A stretch of DNA of 63,627 nt, filler included, from Reclinomonas americana ATCC 50394 (taxonomy: Eukaryota): NCBI GenBank assembly GCA_048213135.1. It is 12 parts of 9 records of this genome, joined end to end, with 100 filler letters (N's around TTAATTAATTAA, not from the genome) between each part and the next. Parts side by side here need not be neighbours in the genome. Positions count along the whole stretch, not along the records: positions 22,276 to 24,901 come from AFZH01016257.1; positions 25,002 to 31,959 come from PS015956.1; positions 32,060 to 38,424 come from PS015957.1; 9 more parts are not named here. One strand, written 5' to 3'. The notes beneath the pieces were generated by a model. That model ran no database searches. It saw only the letters and a program-made list of their open reading frames with translations, and was not told the DNA's origin. The first letter of the stretch is position 1. Each line of letters opens with the position of its first letter. Positions 22,296 through 35,198 of the stretch are shown piece after piece. The translations under genes and the position numbers were made by a program.

Positions 22296-24010
22296 GGTGT
22301 GAAGAGATCGCGCGAGGACGCCGAGGACGACGATGATGATGATTCCAACGCTGTCGATGATGACCGATGGGCCAGCACCAGGAGAGGCACAGTTGACGGC
22401 AGCGACGATGACGATGACGGCGATGATGATGTGAAGATGAAGGACAAGGAGGCGACGGCCTCTGCTGCGAAGAAGCAGAAGAAGGCATCAGCGAAGAAGG
22501 AGAAGGAGGAGGACGAGGAAGAGGAGGAGAAGGAGGACGGTGAGCCGCCGTTGAAGCGCCCTCGCAGCGACCCGGATCTCGATCGACGAACAGTGTTTGT
22601 GAGCAATGTGGATGTCAAGTGCAAGCAGCAGGTGAGGAGGGGGAATACTGCAGATTTGCATCACAGTTGGTGCCAGATGTCTTCACCAGTATCTTCTTGT
22701 TGTCGCAGTCGTGACATGATTCATGTGTTTCTACCTCGTCTTTAATTCTCCATCGTGTTTCTCTTTCTTCTCTATTGAGCTTACTGCATGTGAGTGTGCG
22801 AGGTGCCTCTGCAACATCTGCGTCTTTCTTTTGATCGAGTTTCCTCTGTGTTAAGGGGAAGGGTTATGTTGTAATCTCACTCTCCCCCATCACCGTGCAG
22901 GATCTGAAGCGACTGTTTTCCGCTCACGGCACCGTGGAGAGCATTCGCTTCCGCAGCATTGCGTACGGCAAGCCGAACGTGCAGCGCAAGGTGGCATTCA
23001 TGAAGAAGGAATTCCACCCGAAGGTGTGCCTCTCCTGCCATTCACTCCCCTCCATCCTCCACACTCACCCTTCTCGTCGCCACAGCGCGCCACCTGCCAC
23101 GCCTACGTCAAGATGGACTCAGCGGCGGAGGCCGACGCGGCCGTGGCTGCATTGAATGGCATCGAGTTTGCCGGCCGACACATTTTCCTCGACCTGGCCA
23201 GCGCCTCCGACCAAAAGTACAATCGCAAAGTCAGCGTGTTCCTCGGCTCGCTTCCCCTCGGTGAGTGCACCATGCTCCGAAAAGAAGTTTCTTGTCGTTC
23301 ACTCTCCTCACCGAGCCTCTCTACCAAAAGATGTGGAAGACGAGGATGTATATCAGCACTTTGCGTCATGCGGCACCATTACCCGCATCCGACTGGTGCG
23401 CGACGCTCAGTCGGGCATTGGCAAGGGCATCGGGTTTGTGGTGTTTAGCGATGCGGCGGCCGTGGACAAGGCGCTGAAGCTCAACGAGAGCAAGATCGCC
23501 GGGCGTGACGTTCGCGTCAAGCGACTGGTGCGCAAGCAAAAGGAGAACAAGGGCGCACGACGTGCCGCCAGCAAGCACGCGAGGGACGACGATGATGACG
23601 ACGAGGACGACAGCGACACGGAGGCTCGCGACGCTCGTGTGAAGGCCTACCACCGCCGCAACCCCGAAAAGCACGCCGCCAAGACCGTGGAGGCGGCCAT
23701 CAAGAGCAAGGAGAAGCACCACCGCAAGCTGGCGGCCTCTGCCTCGGCGGCCACCACCACCACCACCACCTCCTCCACCAAGAAGACTGCCGGAACACCG
23801 TCGTGGATGGGCGCCAAGGCGCAGCAGGGCGACATTCCGCGCGCACTGACCAAGGCACCGACGGCGCGCAAGGTGTCCACGTCGAAGCGACTGACGCTGG
23901 CCGAGAAGGTGCACAAGCAGCACCGCAAGGACCGCAGCAAGGCGCTGAAGCAGCGCGACCAGAGGAAAAAGGCGGCGGCGATAGCAGGACCGCCGAAGGA
24001 TGCGGATTGA
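22296..24010 (+). CDS. RBM34: Nucleolar two-RRM protein RBM34/Nop12-like (5' end in gap)
   Basis: RTVFVSNV; LFSAHGTVESIRFRSIA..RKVAFMKKEFHP; HAYV; SVFLGSLP|DVEDED..RLVRD..GIGKGIGFVVF; basic tail. Confidence 0.85.
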
Positions 24011-24674
24011 GAGGAATGAAAGTGGTTTTGAGAGGAGAAGCCAGGTGAAGGAGAGGGGGGAGGAGTGGAGGGGAGGGGAGGAGGGGAGGGGAGAAGGGGA
24101 GGGGAGAAGGGGAGGGAGAGGAGAGAACAGGAGAGAGGGAGGAATGGGAGAGGGAGAGGGAGGAGAAAGGAGAGGAGAAGGGAGAAGGGAGAGGGAGAGG
24201 GAGAGGGGAGAGAGGGAGGAGATGAAGAGGAGATGAAGAGGAGAGGAGAGGAGATGGGAGAGGTGCAGAGGGAAGGTGTTGACCTCCAACTGACCCTTCC
24301 CTTTGTACAACTTCAACGAGTTCAGCTGAGGTCGCTGGCCATGAAGTCCTAGTTATAAGGCCAACCCGCGCTTGATTCGCGTCGCCTCCTGAAAGCGAAG
24401 ATGACTGTTGGAGAAGAGTCATTCTGTGCTTCTATTGTTTGTGTGCCAAGAGCATTGTCGGCAAGGGATTTGTGGAATTATGAAGGCATTGCAATGCTTG
24501 GTCAGATATCTCTGGACGTGTGTTGCATGCAGCGAACGTCAGAGTAAAAAAGGAAAACGCGAAATCAGAGAACGCACTGCCGCTGGTCGTTCTATGCGCA
24601 GGAATGACATGCCTTTGTCCATAACTTCACACGTCCCTCCATCCACGTCCCGCTCAACTGTCCACCAACCACAA

Positions 24675-25347
24675 ATGGGCCGCGGTGGCAAATCAGGCTC
24701 CAAAGCCTCTTCCTCCTCACAATCCTCCTCATCCTCCTCTTCCCGCGGTGGCGGCGGTGGCGGGAAACGCGGCGGACGGCGCCCACCGCAGGACGGAAGC
24801 AGCAGCGAAACGCGCGTCGCCTCCAACGGCGGCTTTGACGACGACGACGACGACGGCGCTAGTGTAAGCACTACTACGACTACGGCTGCTGCCGCGGCTG
24901 GNNNNNNNNNNNNNNNNNNNNNNNNNNNNNNNNNNNNNNNNNNNNTTAATTAATTAANNNNNNNNNNNNNNNNNNNNNNNNNNNNNNNNNNNNNNNNNNN
25001 NAAGGAGAGAGAGAGAGAGAGAGGAGAGAAGAGATTGTCTTTCTTGCTTGTCTCGTCCCGAGTGAGCCTGCTTCATGCGTGTGCCTCTCAGAGGGACGAA
25101 TGAGAAGAGATCGTCGTTCTTGCTTGTTTCGTCTTGAGTGAGCCTGCTTCATTCGTGTATCTCTCTCAGTGGGACGAATGAGAAGATCTTCTTTCTTGCT
25201 TGTCTCGTCTCGAGTGAGCCTGTGCGCGTGCTCATCGCTGTCAGACTGAGGAGAAGGATAGAGAGAGAGCGCGAAGAATGAGAAGAGATCGTCTTTCTTG
25301 CTTGTCTCGTCTCGAGTGAGCCTGCTTTGTGCGCGTGCATCTCGCTT

Positions 25348-25385
<38 letters not shown>

Positions 25386-28006
25386 TTCGTTCTTGCATGT
25401 CTCGCATCGCTGAGAGCGAGAGGATCCGGCTTCATGTCCCTCTCTTCTCTCTTGCTACCTCCTTCCCTCTCTCATCGCTCTCCCTTTGCCCTCCCTCCCG
25501 CAGATCGTCAAGAAGCAATCCGACGACGGCAGTGGAGCTTCCGGCTCCGGCTCCTCCTCCTCCGCCGCCGCAGGCAGCAGCGATTCCAGTGGCAGTGGCC
25601 GCCCGCCTGTGCGATTCTCCACCGGCGACACTGTCGTCGTGCGCAAGAGCAAGACGCAGGATCTGAAAAAGGAGGTCCGCCCTCTCTCTCTCTCTCTTTT
25701 TTCATCCTCCTTGTCTCCACACCTCACGGGCGACGCACACAGTACGCTCTGAAAGGCGTCGTCAACATGGTGACAGATCGCAGTCTCGTCGTTGTGCTGG
25801 ACGACTTTGAGGTGGATCTGTGGGACACGGATGTGATTGTGCACAAGACGCCAAACGAGGTCACGTATCGGCGACTGAGCGAGGCCCTCCAGCGTCTGGA
25901 TCGCCACCACGAGACACCAGCGGCGCGTGTGGCGGACGTCATTTTCGGCGAGCGTGCACCAGAGGTGCAGCATTTCATCTCCCGTTGTTTGACGAGGCCT
26001 TTGGCTGACATGTGCGTGGATGCAGTTCGCCGCCGAGCAAGACGACCCGGCGTACTTCAACGCATCGCTTAATGATTCTCAAAAGGCCGCCATTCGTTTT
26101 GCAATGAGCTCGAAAGGTGCGATGGATGGATAAGCTGCACTCCTGTTTACCCTCCTTCAACTGTGAATGAGTCACTTGCGTTTCCCTCCTGCCTGTGCCA
26201 ACTATTTCTTTCGGTTCTCCTGCCTGATTCCTTTTTTATTGCGTTTCCCACCTTCCCTTCTCTCCCTTTCCCCCTTCTTCTCTGCTCTCCCTTTCCCCTT
26301 CTCTCCCTTTCCCCACTTCTCCTTCTCTCCCATTCCCCACCTTCCTCTTCTCCCCCTTTCCCCACCTTCCTTTCTCTCCCTTTGCCCACTCCCCCTCTCC
26401 CCTTTCCCCACTTCTCCTTCTCTCCCTTTCCCCACTTCCCCTTCTCTCCTTTTCCCCACCTTCCTCCTCTCTCCCATCCCCCACCTTTACTTCTCTCCCT
26501 TTCCCCACTTCCCCTTCTCCCCCTCTCCCCACCTTCCCCTTCTCCCCCTTTCCCCTTCTTCCTCTTCTACCCCTTTCCTTACCTTCCCCTTCTCCCCCTT
26601 TGCCCGTTTCAGACGTCTGCCTCGTGCACGGCCCGCCCGGCACCGGCAAGACCACCACCGTGTGCGAGATCGTCCGTCAGTGTGCGTGCCTTGGCGAGCG
26701 TGTGCTCGTGTGTGCGCCCTCCAACATCGCCGTCGACAATGTGGTGGAGCGACTGTCGGTGCGCAATCGCAAATTGCGCATTGTGCGCGTCGGTCACCCA
26801 GCACGGTGTGTGATTCAGTCTCTGTTTCTCTGCTCTCGCCTTGAGCATGTGTTCCTCACATTCTGCGCACGTGTAGTTTGTTGCCGTCGGTTCTGCAACA
26901 CTCGCTGGATGCAATTGTGGAGGACGCTGATGGCGCCAAGATTGTCAAGGTGCATACGCCAAATTGCGATTTCTGCATTCTCAGCACTCCCCTGACTCGC
27001 TTGATTTGGCGCAGGAAATCCGCGACGACATCAGCAAGAGCATGCGACAGCTGAGACGCTGTCGCGACAAGGGCGAACGACGCAATCTCCGCGACGAAAT
27101 GAAGACACTGCAGCGCGAAATCAGGATGCGCGAGGAGAAGACTATCTACGAGGTGCTGGAGGCAGCGCAAGTTACGTCTCTGTTGTGTCGCCAAGAATAT
27201 TTCTTTCCATTCTCACACTCTGCAAACGTGCAGATCATCTGCACGACCATCACGGGTTCGGCCGATCGCTACCTGGAGAGCATTCAGTTCGATCTGGTGG
27301 TCATTGACGAGGCGGCGCAGGCACTCGAGTCGGCCTGCTGGATGTTGAGTGTCGCGCGCACATCTTTCTCGTTGGAGAGCGCCTGCATGCTCACTCCTGC
27401 CTCCTCCCTTCTCCTGCCTCCTCCTCAAACCTTCTCCTGCCTTCTCCTGCTTCCCCCTGCCTTCTCCTCCCTTCTGCTCTCTCCCCCTGCCTCCTCCTCC
27501 TCCCTTCTCCTCCCTTCTCCTGCCTTCAGTCCCCTGCTCAAGGGCACACGGTTGTTGCTGGCTGGCGATCACCACCAACTGCCCCCGACCGTCACCTCTC
27601 CAAAGGCCAAGGCCGGTGGACTCGACTACACGCTGTTCGACCGACTGCACCGCGCGTATGGCGATCGGGTGACGCGCATGCTCACGGTGCAGTATCGCAT
27701 GCACGAGACGATTTCGCGGTGGAGTTCGAATGAGTTTTACGATGGGCGACTGGTGCCTGATGAGTCGGTGGCGGCGCATTTGTTGTGGTGCGTTGCGAGG
27801 GGGAGGGGAGGTGGGGAGGGAGGGGGAAGGGGGGAGGAGGACGGGAGACGGGGAGACGGGGAGACGGGGGAGGGGGAGGAGAGGGAGAGAGGAGAAGGAG
27901 AGGGGGGAGGGAGAGAGGAGAGAGAGAGAGAGGAGGAAGGAAGAGAGAGAGCGCGAAGTAATAGACGAAGACGACGGACCGACAGTGGAAGGGAATCGTA
28001 CTTTGG

Positions 28007-28048
<42 letters not shown>

Positions 28049-29115
28049 ANNNNNNNNNNNNNNNNNNNNNNNNNNNNNNNNNNNNNNNNNNNNNNNNNNN
28101 NNNNNNNNNNNNNNNNNNNNNNNNNNNNNNNNNNNNNNNNNNNNNNNNNNNNNNNNNNNNNNNNNNNNNNNNNNNNNNNNNNNNNNNNNNNNNNNNNNNN
28201 NNNNNNNNNNNNNNNNNNNNNNNNNNNNNNNNNNNNNNNNNNNNNNNNNNNNNNNNNNNNNNNNNNNNNNNNNNNNNNNNNNNNNNNNNNNNNNNNNNNN
28301 NNNNNNNNNNNNNNNNNNNNNNNNNNNNNNNNNNNNNNNNNNNNNNNNNNNNNNNNNNNNNNNNNNNNNNNNNNNNNNNNNNNNNNNNNNNNNNNNNNNN
28401 NNNNNNNNNNNNNNNNNNNNNNNNNNNNNNNNNNNNNNNNNNNNNNNNNNNNNNNNNNNNNNNNNNNNNNNNNNNNNNNNNNNNNNNNNNNNNNNNNNNN
28501 NNNNNNNNNNNNNNNNNNNNNNNNNNNNNNNNNNNNNNNNNNNNNNNNNNNNNNNNNNNNNNNNNNNNNNNNNNNNNNNNNNNNNNNNNNNNNNNNNNNN
28601 NNNNNNNNNNNNNNNNNNNNNNNNNNNNNNNNNNNNNNNNNNNNNNNNNNNNNNNNNNNNNNNNNNNNNNNNNNNNNNNNNNNNNNNNNNNNNNNNNNNN
28701 NNNNNNNNNNNNNNNNNNNNNNNNNNNNNNNNNNNNNNNNNNNNNNNNNNNNNNNNNNNNNNNNNNNNNNNNNNNNNNNNNNNNNNNNNNNNNNNNNNNN
28801 NNNNNNNNNNNNNNNNNNNNNNNNNNNNNNNNNNNNNNNNNNNNNNNNNNNNNNNNNNNNNNNNNNNNNNNNNNNNNNNNNNNGAGAGAGAGAGGAGAGA
28901 GAGAGAGAGAGAGAGAGAGAAAAGAGAGCACATCTGACCCTCCCACACTACATCTTTACAGAAGTAGTCTTGAGGAGTTGTTCTCTTTCTACGCTCGGTG
29001 ATGGAAGCATTATCGATGCCTTCCCGCTCTCTCGTTCGTTTCGTTCACTCTACTGCGTGCACTCCTTTTAGTCTTGTTTTCGTCAGTTCCACGTTTGCGT
29101 TTCTTTCGCTGATTG

Positions 29116-29153
<38 letters not shown>

Positions 29154-30946
29154 GTGTGTCAGCGCGAGACCTGGTCTCTTTCCGCTTTTTCTTTGTGTAC
29201 TTGATGGATGGTGAGCATCGCATGCGCTATTGCACACTCTCGGTTGTTTGTTTGTTTCGAGTGGAGATCTTTCTTCCTTCTCGTACTTGACAGAGTTGAA
29301 TAACGAGCTTCCCATCAGTTCCACTCTTGGATCGAGAGAGTGGATTGGGACGATGGTTGTCTCCGTCTCTTCCCCTTCCCTCTCCTTCCCTCTCACCACT
29401 CTTCCCCTTTCTTCAGCCAACTACCGGGCGTGGCGGAGACTCCCGAAACCACGGTACCCGCCGTCTTTGTGGACACGGCAGGCTGCGATCTCAACGAGTC
29501 TGGCGGCGAAGGCGAGAGCAAGTACAACGAGGGCGAGATCGACATTGTGTACGCCTACGTGCAGAAGCTGCGTGCCGCCGGTTTGCACGAGCGCGGCATG
29601 GCGGTGATTACGCCGTACAGGTGCGTTGTTTCTGTGTCACTTGGGTGTGCACCAGGATGAAGCTCACGGCGACCGAAACGCACACAGTGCACAAGTCGAG
29701 CGACTGAAGGGACGACTGCGACCGGTGTTTGAGGACATTGAGATTGGCACAGTGGTGAGTATGTGTTTTCCCACCTCCTCCACTTGCTCCGTCTCACCCT
29801 CCCTGCACACAGGACGGCTTCCAAGGGCGCGAGAAGGAGGCGATTATCTTCAGCATGGTCCGCAGCAACGACGCCGGGTACGTCTCCTTTCTCTCCTGCG
29901 TGTTGCTGCTTCATGTCGCCGCGTTGCGCAGCTTTCCCTCCATGTCTTGTATGTCTCCTCTCTCTTTCCTCTCTCTCTCTCTCTCGCTCTCCTGTCGTGT
30001 CGCTTCGTGTCGCTGCGCTGCTCAACTTGATCTCACTTTCTTGCTACTCCTTTTTCTTCCTCTCTCTCTCTCTTTCCTCTCTCATTCGCACCCTTCATGT
30101 CGATGTACTGCGCAAGTTTCCTCTTGCTGTCTCTCCCTCACTCGTACAAACTCTATTTCTTGCTTGCTGCTTCATGTCGATGCATTGCGCAGCTTCCTTT
30201 GGTGACTCTATCCCATGCGCCCTCTGTTTCTTGCTGCTTCACGGCAACTTCCTCTCAAAGTCTTGTATGTCTCGTACGCATTCTGTCTCCTGTTTGTTTG
30301 TGTCGATGAATTGCGCAGATTTCCTATCTTGTTTGCTCCTGTTCTCCTCTTTTTCTGCATTTCCTCTCAATGTCTTGAAGGTCTCCTCTCTCCCTCTCTC
30401 AGACTCACTCTATCCCCTGCTTGCTGCTTCGTGTCGATGCATTGCGCAACCTCCTCTTGCTGTGTCTCCCTCGCTCGTACAAACTCTGTTTCTTGCAGCT
30501 TCACGGCAACTTCCTCTGCATATCTTGTATGTCTCGTACGCATTCTGTCTCCTGTTTGTTTTCCTCGAAGTACTGCGCAACTTCCCTGTCTTGTTTGCTC
30601 CTGTTCTCCTTTTCTGCACTTCCTCTCAATGTCTTGAAGGTCTCCTCTCTCCCTCTCTCGTACGCACTCTGTCTCCTGCTTCCCTGCTTGCCGCTTCGTG
30701 TCGATGTACTGCGCAACTCTCTCTCAATGTGCTGTATGTCTCCTTTTTCTTTCCCCTCTCCTCAGTGAGGTCGGCTTCCTCGCCGACCAGCGACGCACCA
30801 ACGTGGCCATTACCCGCGCCCGACGCCACGTGTGCATCGTGTGCGACTCGACGACGCTGGCCAACGACGAGTTTTTGAACCGCATGAGTGACTACTTCCA
30901 GGAGCACTCCGAGTACCGCCTGGCCAACGAGTTCATCGATGCATAG
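24675..30946 (+). CDS. IGHMBP2: IGHMBP2/SMUBP-2/Hcs1-like superfamily 1 helicase (multi-exon, spans gaps)
   Basis: [113 protein letters not shown]. Assignment of the first exon is tentative. Confidence 0.9.
25020..25410. repeat. Intronic minisatellite, about 5 degenerate copies of GAGAAGAGATCGTCTTTCTTGCTTGTCTCGTCTCGAGTGAGCCTG
   Basis: Unit visible at about 25026, 25102, 25180, 25280 and partially at 25376. Confidence 0.75.
29885..30765. repeat. Intronic degenerate tandem duplication in the last helicase intron
   Basis: Blocks such as GCTTCACGGCAACTTCCTCT..TCTTGTATGTCTCGTACGCATTCTGTCTCC recur at about 30236 and 30498. GCTTC(A/G)TGTCGATG recurs several times. Confidence 0.7.
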
Positions 30947-31198
30947 TCGGAAAGTAGAAGAAGCGAGGCGCAATAGACATCAACGCGTGATTGTGTGGGT
31001 TACACCGTACATTCCTTGTTTTTTCTTAAGGGGACATCAAAAAAGTTGAGGGAAAAGAAGAGGTGCGGTAGGTACGTAATACATAGGGAAAAAAAGGGAG
31101 GAGTCAGAGGGAAACGAAAAAAAGAACCGGGTGTTTTCCTCTTCTCCACTTCTGCTGCTACTGAAAGTGTTTTTTCAACCAGCCCTCGCGGGGGCATT

Positions 31199-31479
31199 TT
31201 ACGCCTTCGACGACTCGCCGCTGGAGGCGGAAGCCGATGGGTCAGCCGGCTTGTTGCCCTGCGGGCTCAAGCCGTAGCGCTGCAGCTTGCCAAGGTTGCG
31301 CAGCACGAGCTCGCGCATAATCTGAAGGAAAAGGGAGGGGTGAGCAGCAGGCGAGAGAACAACAGTGAGTCAGAAGACGTACAGAAGGCAATAAGTGCTC
31401 TCTCTCTCTCTCTCACTGCACAAAAGCAACGACGCGCACTCTCAACAAAGAAGAACGAACTCACAGTAAAGATTGAGCT

Positions 31480-31510
<31 letters not shown>

Positions 31511-33617
31511 TCAGCGTGCTGACAAACAAGGCCACGCTGTCCAACCCGAAACAGAATACACATATGCGCATCCATCTCTCTCTCTCTCACACACACACAT
31601 ACTCCCTTCGTGCACATACACACCACAACAAGAGATGACACACGTCTCTCTTCTTCTCCCCCTTTCCCTTCCCCTATATTTTCCCTTCCCCTCTTACCTT
31701 GTAATCCTCCTCCGACGCCGGCGCACCACCAGCCATCACACCCAGCGGTCGCGGCTGCTCCGGATTGGTGGCGAAGAAGTTCTGCAGCAACTCGTACGAC
31801 AACAGCGTCACACCAAACTGCGGCGAGCTGCGCACAATACGCGGCGTCACACCCTTGAAGAGCGCAGTCACGCCCTCCTCGCGCAGAATCTGCACGCGCG
31901 AAAAGCGGGGTGAGAAGACCATTGGTCAAAAAAAGGCGGGGGGCATTGACGACGAAACTNNNNNNNNNNNNNNNNNNNNNNNNNNNNNNNNNNNNNNNNN
32001 NNNTTAATTAATTAANNNNNNNNNNNNNNNNNNNNNNNNNNNNNNNNNNNNNNNNNNNNCGGAAAAAGGCATCAGCAATGCCCTTGTACGGCGGGCCGTT
32101 GATCGGCTCGACTTGCAGACGCGTCTTGATGACATCAGCCGGCGTGGTGCTCGATGCGGCAAACATACCCGCAAAGGTGCCGGCAGCCAGCAAGTGTTGC
32201 GGCTCAGGTGGGCGCTGCGTCGTTGGATTAGCCAACTGGCAACGAATACGGCAGTGTCACACAAAGTTACGCAACAGGATTGGCCTTGATCTCCTCCGGC
32301 GTGCGACCCATGTTGGCGAAATCAGTGCGCTTCTTGGCGTACAGCGGGAAGTAGATGCCAGAGAATGGCACGTCACGCAGCAAGCAGGCACTGGCGCCCT
32401 TGTAGAGACCGGTGAAGCCGAGCTCGCGGACAATGGTCATTGCCGACTTGGGCGCAATGCCCTGCTTGGCCAACTGACCCTGCACCTGCAGACGAATCTT
32501 GACAATCTCCAGCGGGTTGGTGAAGATGACCTGAGCGGCGCCAGCGCCACCACCAGCCAACACCTCCAGCGGCAGGTACAGGCTCTTGTCGGGGCGCGCA
32601 AAGAGGCCGCGCAAAAAGTCATTGACCACCAGCTTGATGGCCTTCTCGGGCGCCACACCAATCAGCTGCGGGCCAATACCGCGGTACAAGCCCTTGAAGC
32701 CCTCGCCGCGGTACGTCTGAATGAAGCAGTCGATCGACGACTTGTAGTGCATCACACCCTGAGTGGTGACCACAGCGCGGCCACTCCTCTGGTTCTGCAT
32801 GCGGGTCTTGACCAAATCAATCGGGTACACCGCCGTGGCGCCAATGGCACCGGCCACACCACCCATGACAAAGCTCTTGGCGGTGACCAGCAGGCCGGCA
32901 GCAAACTTCTGGAANNNNNNNNNNNNNNNNNNNNNNNNNNNNNNNNNNNNNNNNNNNNNNNNNNNNNNNNNNNNNNNNNNNNNNNNNNNNNNNNNNNNNN
33001 NNNNNNNNNNNNNNNNNNNNNNNNNNNNNNNNNNNNNNNNNNNNNNNNNNNNNNNNNNNNNNNNNNNNNNNNNNNNNNNNNNNNNNNNNNNNNNNNNNNN
33101 NNNNNNNNNNNNNNNNNNNNNNNNNNNNNNNNNNNNNNNNNNNNNNNNNNNNNNNNNNNNNNNNNNNNNNNNNNNNNNNNNNNNNNNNNNNNNNNNNNNN
33201 NNNNNNNNNNNNNNNNNNNNNNNNNNNNNNNNNNNNNNNNNNNNNNNNNNNNNNNNNNNNNNNNNNNNNNNNNNNNNNNNNNNNNNNNNNNNNNNNNNNN
33301 NNNNNNNNNNNNNNNNNNNNNNNNNNNNNNNNNNNNNNNNNNNNNCCCAGTGCGGTTGTCAGCCAGCGGCGTGTCCGCCTTCTTCTTGTCACCAACGGCC
33401 ATGTCGGCCGCGGTAAGCTCCTGTCCGCCCGACGACAGCCACTGGCTGACCGTCATGCCGCGCTGGCGACGCGAGGCCGCCAACTCCAGGAACTCCGAGT
33501 ACTCGTCGGGGGTGAGCATGCCGTCGCCGACACGGTCAAAGATCCAGAAAATGATCTCCACCTCCAACGGGGCGAGGATGATGCCGGTGGCGGACTTGAC
33601 GCCGACAGCAAAGTCGC
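31199..33617 (-). CDS. Ca-binding mitochondrial aspartate/glutamate carrier (aralar/citrin, SLC25A12/13-like); 5' part in gap
   Basis: EF-hand-like exon ([22 protein letters not shown]); [93 protein letters not shown]; stop TAA at 31199. Confidence 0.92.
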
Positions 33618-34261
33618 CTGTTGGTGGGGAAAAGGGTAAGCAAAGCGGGAAGGGAAGGGAAGGGAGGAGAAGGGAGGGGAAGGGAGGGAAAGGGAGGGAA
33701 GAGAGGCGGAAGGGAGGGGAAGGGGGAAGAGCAAAGGGGTGAGACAAAGGGGGGAAGAGCAATGGGGGAAGAGGAAGGGGAGGAGCAAAGAGGGACAAGC
33801 AAAAGGGGGAGGAGCAACGGGAGAAGAGCAATGTGAGAGGAGAGCGAAGAGGGAGAGCGAAGGGGAAGGAGGAGAAGGGGGAAGGGCAAAGGGGGAATGA
33901 GCAAAGGGGGGGAGGAGCAAGGGGGAAGAGCAAATGGGGATGAGCGAAGGGGGAAGAGCGAATGGAGAAGAGCAATAGGGGAAGAGCAAAGGGGGAAGAG
34001 AGGCGGAAAGAAGGACGAGAAAGGCAGAAGAGCAACGGGGCAAGAGCACAGGGGAACAGCAAACGGGAAGAGAAAGGGGAGGAGCAAGGGAAGAGCAAAG
34101 GAAGAAGAGAAAAGGAGGAAGAGCAAAGCGAGAAAAGGAGGAAGAGCAAAGCGAGAAAAGAAGGGCAATGAAATGGAGACGAGCGAGAGAGCAAGTGGAG
34201 AAGAGCGACAGGGGGAGAGAGGAGAGAATGCCAGCAGTACATTTCAGAAGAGAAGAAGAGA

Positions 34262-34315
<54 letters not shown>

Positions 34316-35198
34316 AGAGAAGACGACGANNNNNNNNNNNNNNNNNNNNNNNNNNNNNNNNNNNNNNNNNNNNNNNNNNNNNNNNNNNNNNNNNNNNNNN
34401 NNNNNNNNNNNNNNNNNNNNNNNNNNNNNNNNNNNNNNNNNNNNNNNNNNNNNNNNNNNNNNNNNNNNNNNNNNNNNNNNNNNNNNNNNNNNNNNNNNNN
34501 NNNNNNNNNNNNNNNNNNNNNNNNNNNNNNNNNNNNNNNNNNNNNNNNNNNNNNNNNNNNNNNNNNNNNNNNNNNNNNNNNNNNNNNNNNNNNNNNNNNN
34601 NNNNNNNNNNNNNNNNNNNNNNNNNNNNNNNNNNNNNNNNNNNNNNNNNNNNNNNNNNNNNNNNNNNNNNNNNNNNNNNNNNNNNNNNNNNNNNNNNNNN
34701 NNNNNNNNNNNNNNNNNNNNNNNNNNNNNNNNNNNNNNNNNNNNNNNNNNNNNNNNNNNNNNNNNNNNNNNNNNNNNNNNNNNNNNNNNNNNNNNNNNNN
34801 NNNNNNNNNNNNNNNNNNNNNNNNNNNNNNNNNNNNNNNNNNNNNNNNNNNNNNNNNNNNNNNNNNNNNNNNNNNNNNNNNNNNNNNNNNNNNNNNNNNN
34901 NNNNNNNNNNNNNNNNNNNNNNNNNNNNNNNNNNNNNNNNNNNNNNNNNNNNNNNNNNNNNNNNNNNNNNNNNNNNNNNNNNNNNNNNNNNNNNNNNNNN
35001 NNNNNNNNNNNNNNNNNNNNNNNNNNNNNNNNNNNNNNNNNNNNNNNNNNNNNNNNNNNNNNNNNNNNNNNNNNNNNNNNNNNNNNNNNNNNNNNNNNCG
35101 GAAAAAAGACGAGAAAAAGTGAGATGCCCCGATGCTCAGTTGCTAGCATGCTGTTCAGACTATCATTGCATTGTCACTTTTCCTCCTTCTCCCCCCCC

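Noticed and set aside
25020..25410. Repeat-spacer pattern resembling a CRISPR array (also 51640-52110)
   Set aside because: Eukaryotic intron-like context, degenerate units, irregular and partly homologous spacers, no cas genes.
32752..34242. Long Leu/Pro/Ser/Phe-rich or Arg/Glu/Gly-rich ORFs (also 26163-26844, 36001-37275, 56179-56904, 59588-60730)
   Set aside because: Stop-poor by-products of purine/pyrimidine intron repeats or of N-runs.
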